From the NCBI GenBank assembly GCA_965649055.1, contig CBFGJG010000032.1, positions 1 through 22,972 on the forward strand: a stretch of DNA of 22,972 nt. The letters run 5' to 3'. Below are positions 16,122-22,972 of this stretch, piece by piece (position 1 is the stretch's first letter; each line of letters starts with the position of its first letter). Both the position numbers and the translations under genes were made by a program. The DNA is from a candidate division WOR-3 bacterium. Its GTDB lineage: Bacteria > Hydrothermota > UBA3072 > B12-G15. Below the pieces are notes generated by a model. The model searched no databases, was not told the origin of the DNA, and saw only the letters and a list, made by a program, of their open reading frames with translations.

Positions 16122-18185
16122 CTAAAAATAGAATAGATACCTTATTTTAAATGTTGCTCCTTCATCTGTTTTAATCATTTTATCATCTCTTTCATATGTT
16201 GCTGTATAAACAAGATAAATCCAAGATTTAGGTGATATATTATATGACAAAATAGGGTTTATCCTCTCCTGTATTATACAATTCTGTGTTTGTTCATAGA
16301 CAAACTCTGTCCTTATTTTGAATTTGAGCCTATTGTTGAAGAAATACGAAATCTGTGGTGAGAAAGTAACATAATTTCCCTGGACATTATTTAACCTTAA
16401 ATCTTTAAAGTCAGTTTTATCATCCCACCAAGATACAAAGTCCATGTCCAGAAATATTTCAGCTTTTGATACTGGCTCATACTCTAAATAACCACCATAG
16501 GATGCATAATAGCAGTTATAATAAGAATTCCAGTTGAAACCATATGTTAAATTACTCCATATACCAAAATGAATCTCGTTGTTTAATTCATGATGAATAC
16601 TTATATTTCCACCCTTTTTAATAAAATTAAATTCAACCCCACTTGTATCTTCCCAGGTATCAGATATTGATACACTCCCATTTATATTGGATTTCCTAAG
16701 GTTTAGAAATGAGAATATAAATACACCTTTTGATAGATTCTTTAAATAGTCTTCCTTACCCAAACCTAAACCTCCTGCAAATCCCCAGTATTTTATTGTT
16801 TTATTTGGAGTAAAAATCGGACCAAGACCTAAATTCACAGAATACCCTTTGTATGGCTGGTATCCTATCTCATTTATTGCATAATTTGTGCTGATATAGC
16901 TTCCCGAACCACCCATCATAAATTTATTATTCACCCTTGAATAGTTAAAATATAGAGCAGGTCCACCTTTACCCGAAGAATCACCATAACTTGCTTGAAG
17001 AATTAAATCATTTTCACCTTTAAGATAAGAGAGGTCAAGAGATATAACATTTGTTGGAACCTCACTATTCTCTTTGCCAAGAAATGTTAGTCCACCTGAA
17101 AGATATTGAGAAAATGAACTTTTTAATTTTAGACCGAGATAATGTGACAATGGTTCATTTCCTGCTTTTCCCGTTAAAACATACATCAATGCATTCTCAA
17201 ACTTATTAAACTTCGTTATTTCTTTAATACCAAATATTATAGGAACAATAGTTGAATCATCAATCACCTTTCCTATGTTTCTTGTATAGAGTGTTCTAAT
17301 GGGTGAATCGCCAATATTGAAATTACCTGACATATGAACCTTGAATAATTCCTGACCTTCAATAAAAAAAGGTCTTTTTTCAGTAAGATATATCGCATAT
17401 TTTGAAAGATTAATAGTGAAAGGGTCTGCCTCTATCTCTGCATAATCCGGGTTAAATGTAAGATTCATTCCAAACGAAGATGTTGGATTGTATGATAAGT
17501 CAATACCTGCATTTGGTTTAATATTATCGGAATATTTAATTGCTCCAACAGGGTAAATTTCAAGATACCTTCCTTTTACTTCTGGATTCACCATAATTTT
17601 CTTAAAATTGGAAATCCTAACTCCTTCAAATCTCCTAACAGGAATAAAGTAATCCGTCTCGTCTATCGCTGAAATCTCCCTCACAAGCTGAATTCCCCAT
17701 TCACCTTTCTTGTATCTAATAGCCTTAAAAGGAATCTTCATCTCCACATTATAACCATAATCGGTTATCCTTGCTTTTGCAAACCATATCCCATTCCATG
17801 TCCAATCATAACTTGCCCCACCCCTTACAAGCAATCCGTCACTCTGTGAACCCGAGGCAGAAACACTGAAAAAATAAGCCTTATCACAATCACCATATGT
17901 GTCGAGATACAGTGTTACACAATCACCTGATGCATTATCCCATCCTCTAACTTCAATTACAGGCTTTGATTTAAAAGAAAAACATTTGAATGCAACATAA
18001 AGATTCTCTTCATCCTGAAGAAAATAAACAAGTGTTGATTCAGTTGCAGGGGCACCTTCAACGGGTTCCCGTTGTGTGAAATTACTTACCGGTTCCATCA
18101 TCTCCCATACCTCTTCAATTATACCATCTATCTTGGGTGCTTCTTTTGTAAATGGAACTATAAAGAAATACAAAAGGATAATCAT
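16122..18185 (-). CDS. CBM9-like domain + DUF5916 outer-membrane barrel protein
   Basis: PKIDG...W, FTQREP..G.PA, D.ENLYVAF, EMKIPFKAIRY, TFNPDYAEIEAD, EKRPFFIEG; C-terminal FKIRYLFYF. Confidence 0.8.
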   Translation of the reverse strand: MIILLYFFIVPFTKEAPKIDGIIEEVWEMMEPVSNFTQREPVEGAPATESTLVYFLQDEENLYVAFKCFSFKSKPVIEVRGWDNASGDCVTLYLDTYGDCDKAYFFSVSASGSQSDGLLVRGGASYDWTWNGIWFAKARITDYGYNVEMKIPFKAIRYKKGEWGIQLVREISAIDETDYFIPVRRFEGVRISNFKKIMVNPEVKGRYLEIYPVGAIKYSDNIKPNAGIDLSYNPTSSFGMNLTFNPDYAEIEADPFTINLSKYAIYLTEKRPFFIEGQELFKVHMSGNFNIGDSPIRTLYTRNIGKVIDDSTIVPIIFGIKEITKFNKFENALMYVLTGKAGNEPLSHYLGLKLKSSFSQYLSGGLTFLGKENSEVPTNVISLDLSYLKGENDLILQASYGDSSGKGGPALYFNYSRVNNKFMMGGSGSYISTNYAINEIGYQPYKGYSVNLGLGPIFTPNKTIKYWGFAGGLGLGKEDYLKNLSKGVFIFSFLNLRKSNINGSVSISDTWEDTSGVEFNFIKKGGNISIHHELNNEIHFGIWSNLTYGFNWNSYYNCYYASYGGYLEYEPVSKAEIFLDMDFVSWWDDKTDFKDLRLNNVQGNYVTFSPQISYFFNNRLKFKIRTEFVYEQTQNCIIQERINPILSYNISPKSWIYLVYTATYERDDKMIKTDEGATFKIRYLFYF

Positions 18186-18550
18186 TCTTCCTCCATTTTT
18201 TCACCTATTTTTTTAAGCCTTTCCAATGCCTCATCCACACTAATTTCACCTTTTTCAAGAAGACTGATTATTTCACTCTTTTCATCATATTCTTCAGTAA
18301 AACCAAGAGCCTTCCTTATCTCCTCAAACCTTGCACGAACAGTTGGATAAGAAAGACCAAGAATCCTTTCAACCTCTTTTAAATTCCCCCTTACCTTAAG
18401 ATATAATTTTATAAAATCCCAAACTTCCTCATCAACAATATAATCAGGTAATTCAAAATCACCATTTATTTCAATATTACAATCCTTACATTTCACCCTT
18501 TTTATCACTATCTTACCACCACAAAAAGGACATTTATTATTTATCTTCAT
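18182..18550 (-). CDS. DUF2089-family putative transcription regulator (Zn ribbon + HTH + SHOCT-like)
   Basis: CPFCG...CKDC, GNLKEVERILGLSYPTVRAR, C-terminal IISLLEKGEISVDEALERL. Confidence 0.85.
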   Translation of the reverse strand: MKINNKCPFCGGKIVIKRVKCKDCNIEINGDFELPDYIVDEEVWDFIKLYLKVRGNLKEVERILGLSYPTVRARFEEIRKALGFTEEYDEKSEIISLLEKGEISVDEALERLKKIGEKMEEE

Positions 18551-18556
18551 AAAAAC

Positions 18557-18584
18557 AATATAATATTTTTTTAAATTTTGTCAA
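18557..18584 (-). promoter_or_regulatory. Leaderless promoter of the DUF2089 operon
   Basis: TTGACA (18584-18579)-N16-TATATT (18562-18557)-N6-ATG 18550; no SD. Confidence 0.7.
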
Positions 18585-18644
18585 GTATTTTTTTAAAATT
18601 TTTATATTTTTTTCTGAAGTTTTTATAAATTATAAAATTTAGAT

Positions 18645-19610
18645 TTACTTTAACAAATGAAACTCTATTATATCGCCGTCTTCAAGGATAAAATCCCTTT
18701 TTACCATTAATCCTTTGATATCTTTCCTCCATAGTCTTGCGTATCTCAGTTTTTCGGCAAAGTCTTTATGTATTTCTACAGCAGCATCTTCAACCTTATC
18801 GTTTCTTTTAAGTATAACAGGGATAGAGAGTTCGGGTTCCTTCCCGGGTGGTTTTGTATAAACCCTTATTATATCAAGGTATTCAAACATCTTCCTTCTA
18901 ATTTCTTCATTCTCTCCAAATATGTCAAATTTTAGCATCTCAAATCTATCCGGGAATTCTTTCTCAATCTCTTCTTGCACTTCTTTTACATCTTCAAACA
19001 TATTAAGTATTACAAACCCTCTTTTTGGCATAAGTTCTACTCTTGGTGTCTCAAGTCTTTTTGATACGAACATATTCCCTTCTTCAAGGATATTTATTAG
19101 CTCTTTCAGTGATTCAATTGGTTTTTCAGGTGTTATAATGATTCCAAGGGCATCTGATGACCTTGCAACTGCTAAAAGCCAAGGTGGTTTATGCTCATTA
19201 CATATTGGGGGTGTATCAACAAGCTGTATATTAACATTTTCAAATTTCACCATTCCTACTTCCGGTTTCTGTGTTGTGAATGGGTAATCACCTATATCAG
19301 GTTTTGCATTTGTAAGGAAGCTCAGTATAGTGGATTTTCCTGAATTAGGTTTCCCTATTAAAACAATCTGACCTGCACCTTCCTTTGGGACTGAAAAAAG
19401 GTCTGCCCTCTGGACCTTTGGTGTCTTTGCTGCCTCTCTTTTTAATAGAGATATCTTCCTCCTCAATTCTGCCTGAAGATGGTCTGTTCCTTTATGTTTT
19501 GGCATAACGGCTATCATCTGCATAATCAGCTGTATCTTTTCCTCGGGGCTCTGTGCATATCTTAATCTTTTCTCTATTTCATAATACATTGGTGGAAGAT
19601 TTGCAGGCAT
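18645..19610 (-). CDS. DRG/Obg-family P-loop NTPase with C-terminal TGS domain
   Basis: MPANLPP, PKHKGT, G1 GKPNSGKST, G2 YPFTT, G3 DTPP, IIRVYTKPPG and TGS (IHKDF...L.DGDIIEFH). Confidence 0.9.
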   Translation of the reverse strand: MPANLPPMYYEIEKRLRYAQSPEEKIQLIMQMIAVMPKHKGTDHLQAELRRKISLLKREAAKTPKVQRADLFSVPKEGAGQIVLIGKPNSGKSTILSFLTNAKPDIGDYPFTTQKPEVGMVKFENVNIQLVDTPPICNEHKPPWLLAVARSSDALGIIITPEKPIESLKELINILEEGNMFVSKRLETPRVELMPKRGFVILNMFEDVKEVQEEIEKEFPDRFEMLKFDIFGENEEIRRKMFEYLDIIRVYTKPPGKEPELSIPVILKRNDKVEDAAVEIHKDFAEKLRYARLWRKDIKGLMVKRDFILEDGDIIEFHLLK

Positions 19611-19616
19611 ATAAAA

Positions 19617-19644
19617 AATTTAAAAAAATGATCTAAGTTGTCAA
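19617..19644 (-). promoter_or_regulatory. Leaderless promoter of the DRG-like gene
   Basis: TTGACA (19644-19639)-N16-TAAATT (19622-19617)-N6-ATG 19610; no SD. Confidence 0.65.
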
Positions 19645-19661
19645 TATTTTTGAACAGAATT

Positions 19662-22600
19662 TTATCGTATTACAATAATTTTTCTATTAATCCTGTATTT
19701 ATTTGCTTTCATTATTATAAAATAAACACCTTTAGGTAATTCTTTAAAATTGCATTTTACTTTATGATATCCTCTATTTAAAACAGAATTCACAAGTGTT
19801 CTTATTTTCCTTCCAATGGGATCATATATACTTATATTCACAAAGGATTTTTCAGAAAGTGAGAACAATATTTCTTCATCAGTGGTAAATACATTTTTTT
19901 TCAAAAGTAATTCTGTTTTTATATCTTCACTTAAGTAAGTAGGTTTAAAGACAAAATAACCTTCCTTTGGTATCCTAATAGTATTTTTTAAAATTGCTTT
20001 GTCTTTTAAGACAAAATAGTATAAAAGGCTATCCTGAACAAATTTTAATGTATAATAATGGGTATTGTCATGTATTGAATCGCAACCTACTGAATAAAGA
20101 GAATCTGAAAGATAATAAATACTATCATTCTCAATACCACTTGTATCAATTAAAATTGCTATAACTGAAATATTTGTATCAGATATGAAAATCCATTGAG
20201 AATCCAACCTTGGTGGTGTTAGATCAACAAATACTTTTTTTTCAAAAGAGAAATACTCAGAATTATCCAGTGAAAAGATCGCGCCTATCTTATAGGTATA
20301 TTCCTTCCCTTCAACAACAGTAGTATCAACAAAAGATGTATCAGAGATATAATTCAAAAAATTAAATCCTTCCCCTTCTGAACGATAGACAGAAAAATAA
20401 AGGACATCTTCAAGTGCCTTAGAAAAAACAGGTTTGTAAAAAACATCCAATTCGGAGATTATCTCCCCTTTTGATGAGACATTCCATCCATTATTATAAA
20501 GATATGAATGTGTAGGATTGAATCTTCCATCTGTCCAAATATGCCTTTTATTTGATGTCTCTAATGAAATAAAAATACCTTCTTCTGGTATTAGATAATT
20601 CACAGATGAAAGCGAAAATGATTCATTCTTTGTAATATTTCTAACAAATAAAAGAGAATCTATTATCTCAAAAGGCAATCCTTCTTTGACATTATATACT
20701 TTTATTAACACAGTATCTATACTATCAGCTGGCATTGAATCTGCAAAAGTAAATGAGATATCTTTAATTCTTCCATTCCCATATTGAGGATAGAATCTAA
20801 CACAACAGGGCTTACCTTTTTCAATAGTGATTGTATCATAAGGAACAAGAGAAGAATAATGTATCTTTTGAGAAGGATAGGAAAATGTTATTTTCACTGT
20901 GGTATCTTGTGTATAAAGGACATTTTTTATTGATGGAGTAACGGGTAGGAGGACATAAAATATTTCTTCACCTGTTTCCGGGTATCTATCCATATTCCCA
21001 AAACTATCTTTCGCAACTAAATACCATTCAATCCTTGAACCAGGTGCTTGTGAAGGGATTATAAAATTATGTGTATCACCTGATATTGAATATGGAATAA
21101 TCTTCTTGAATTTTTCATCAGAACCTATTTTTCTATAATATAATGTATCAGAAATTCTTGTTCTTGCAGAAGATGTATCTTTTTCAATTATCATTGTTTT
21201 AACATTGAAACTCTTATTCCTGTTGAATGTATTCTCTGGAATTTCAAGGATTGAGATAATGGGAGGTATTGTATCTAATACATAATGGTCAAAATATAGT
21301 CTCTCATAGTTTAATATCAAAGAATCCTTCACAATATCAATAAAGAGCTCGTCTTTTCCCCTTTTATTTCCTGATATTAAATAAGAAAAATTAAAAACAT
21401 TTGGTCTCTCTTTATAAATATTTATAGGGTATGTATCAACTATAGGGCAATTCTTTCCAAAGACTACTATATAAGAAGGAATTTCTACATTTGATGAAAT
21501 ATCTAAATAAATCTTTGCAGTATCTCCACTTTTATAAATACTCTTATCAAGATAGGCATTTTTAAATAAAATCTCATAACCATTGCAATCAAAGGGTAAT
21601 CTCCCTTTCATAATTGTATCTCTCAGAGTATCAAGGATAGCCCAGTTAATTGAATAACTCCCTTTCATTATCCATTCAGGGATAGTGAAGGAAAAATCCA
21701 TTGTATCCTTTGTAAGATAAAAACTATCAGTAATATTTTTTGTCCATAGATTAACATTATAATAAAAATTGTATGTTGATTCTGGAAATTGTTTTATCAG
21801 TTCTCCAAATACTGTATCAGATGGATTATATCTCCCTTTATCAATAGAAATTGTGAGTGAATCATTCCCAACATATATAAATCTTTCATCGAGGATATAA
21901 GACCTTCCTGTCCTGTTGAAAATCCCCCATCCTGCCCTCTTTGTTATATCAGACGCAACAAAATCAAAATTAATTATCTCTTTCTGTTCAGGGAATGTAT
22001 CAATTAAAATGGTCTCCTGTGAAAAAAACATAGATAAAGAATTTAGCCATCCTGTATCCATTCCTGAATTCTGGATCTTTATCTGATAAACTTTCTCTAA
22101 TGGGTATGTAATATTTGAATCAATCTTAATCCAATTCCCTTTCCCAATGATAGAATCTGTCCTTAAATAAACAAAGATACTATCTGATGAATCCCAATTT
22201 AATATAACACTATCACTATCGCTATAAAATGGGTCAAGGATATAAATACCATTTGTATCAAGATAAATTGTATCATTATTTAAACTATGGTGAGTTAACT
22301 TTTCTGAACCACCAAGTATGAATGTTGTTTCGCTCTTTGAAAAATCATAATCAAGCGATGCCCAAAGTGTATCTGAAAAGTCCGAATTATTTTTCACTAT
22401 TATTGAAAAATGAACAGTATCATTTGGATTGAAAATATTTTTATTAATAGAATCTCTCGCAGTAATCGAAATCCCTTTTATATAAACAGGGAATATTGTA
22501 TCTTCCTCTGGGAAACCATTTCTATTTATTAGGATTTGTGTCCAGAAAATCTTTTCCATTATATCTCTAGGAACATGGAATGGTAAAGTGAAATTTATCT

Positions 22601-22972
22601 TTTCATTAGGTTTTATTCTCTTAAAAAAATTATTATTTATAATATCCCCTAATTCTATTTTTATATCTCTCTCACAATACGCATTTCCTTTATTCATAAT
22701 AGAAAAAATTAAAGAATCTTCATTCCCAGAGGTTATCTCCATAAATTTAGGGATTGAATCAAAGAAAAATATTGGTTTAAACTGGAACATTTCTTCTTTT
22801 CTCCCAATTGAAAAACCTTTATCTTTCAATTCAGATATAATCTTATAATCTCCTTCCTCTATATTTTCACAATTTATATAAAATACCAATGTCTCCTGTG
22901 AAAATGGGTATATATCTATAATTGTATCAATAATTGAATTTGGAAGGGTTATTGAAAATGTTCCATAGAAAG
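19662..22972 (-). CDS. Large secreted multi-Ig/FN3-like protein with C-terminal FlgD/T9SS-type sorting-like domain (5' end outside window)
   Basis: Frame open to the window edge (FYGTFSITLPNSIIDT... precedes TTG 22889); DTIPP/DLTPP linkers, FN3-like VYRS...FVDTTV..G..Y.Y, C-terminus ISIYDPIGRKIRTL...LPKGVYFI...KIIVIR. Confidence 0.8.
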   Translation of the reverse strand, partial: FYGTFSITLPNSIIDTIIDIYPFSQETLVFYINCENIEEGDYKIISELKDKGFSIGRKEEMFQFKPIFFFDSIPKFMEITSGNEDSLIFSIMNKGNAYCERDIKIELGDIINNNFFKRIKPNEKINFTLPFHVPRDIMEKIFWTQILINRNGFPEEDTIFPVYIKGISITARDSINKNIFNPNDTVHFSIIVKNNSDFSDTLWASLDYDFSKSETTFILGGSEKLTHHSLNNDTIYLDTNGIYILDPFYSDSDSVILNWDSSDSIFVYLRTDSIIGKGNWIKIDSNITYPLEKVYQIKIQNSGMDTGWLNSLSMFFSQETILIDTFPEQKEIINFDFVASDITKRAGWGIFNRTGRSYILDERFIYVGNDSLTISIDKGRYNPSDTVFGELIKQFPESTYNFYYNVNLWTKNITDSFYLTKDTMDFSFTIPEWIMKGSYSINWAILDTLRDTIMKGRLPFDCNGYEILFKNAYLDKSIYKSGDTAKIYLDISSNVEIPSYIVVFGKNCPIVDTYPINIYKERPNVFNFSYLISGNKRGKDELFIDIVKDSLILNYERLYFDHYVLDTIPPIISILEIPENTFNRNKSFNVKTMIIEKDTSSARTRISDTLYYRKIGSDEKFKKIIPYSISGDTHNFIIPSQAPGSRIEWYLVAKDSFGNMDRYPETGEEIFYVLLPVTPSIKNVLYTQDTTVKITFSYPSQKIHYSSLVPYDTITIEKGKPCCVRFYPQYGNGRIKDISFTFADSMPADSIDTVLIKVYNVKEGLPFEIIDSLLFVRNITKNESFSLSSVNYLIPEEGIFISLETSNKRHIWTDGRFNPTHSYLYNNGWNVSSKGEIISELDVFYKPVFSKALEDVLYFSVYRSEGEGFNFLNYISDTSFVDTTVVEGKEYTYKIGAIFSLDNSEYFSFEKKVFVDLTPPRLDSQWIFISDTNISVIAILIDTSGIENDSIYYLSDSLYSVGCDSIHDNTHYYTLKFVQDSLLYYFVLKDKAILKNTIRIPKEGYFVFKPTYLSEDIKTELLLKKNVFTTDEEILFSLSEKSFVNISIYDPIGRKIRTLVNSVLNRGYHKVKCNFKELPKGVYFIIMKANKYRINRKIIVIR

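Noticed and set aside
18621..18637. TTTTATAA-A-TTATAAAA palindrome upstream of the DUF2089 promoter as an operator
   Set aside because: A/T-only in a highly AT-rich spacer, so expected by chance.
22887..22889. TTG 22889 as the start of the large protein
   Set aside because: The frame stays open to the window edge and there is no signal peptide or SD here; the gene begins outside the window.
1..22972. CRISPR array, tRNA/rRNA, transposase, integrase or known defence system
   Set aside because: No spaced direct repeats, RNA-gene signatures or such protein motifs seen; intergenic gaps are short and mostly accounted for.

Overview
AT-rich, gene-dense chromosomal window from a diderm bacterium. 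Lipoproteins, outer-membrane barrels and a FlgD/T9SS-like C-terminal sorting domain suggest an FCB-related lineage such as WOR-3 (inference only). Gene order: recN 3' end - M29-like aminopeptidase - MIO ammonia-lyase with an Ala-Cys-Gly triad - mntP. Next is a minus-strand lipoprotein locus: a permuted papain/NlpC-P60-like lipoprotein plus two paralogous beta-propeller lipoproteins, one frameshifted at a G7 tract, behind a short leaderless ORF containing a (CT)8 repeat. Then CapA-family phosphoesterase, rsmG-like gene, ABC exporter coupled to a ubiquitin-like(Mut7-C)-TatD fusion, small accessory peptide + sodium:solute symporter + DUF2490-like barrel, and a DUF2378/V4R-like gene. A five-gene DUF2089 operon follows, in which four proteins share a SHOCT-like hairpin and one is a CBM9/DUF5916 barrel. 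The window ends with a DRG/TGS NTPase and the 3' part of a very large secreted protein rich in D-[ST]-hydrophobic motifs. Seven sigma70-like promoters share a 16-bp spacer, and five place an ATG 6 nt after the -10 (leaderless). No rRNA, tRNA, CRISPR array or transposase was seen.
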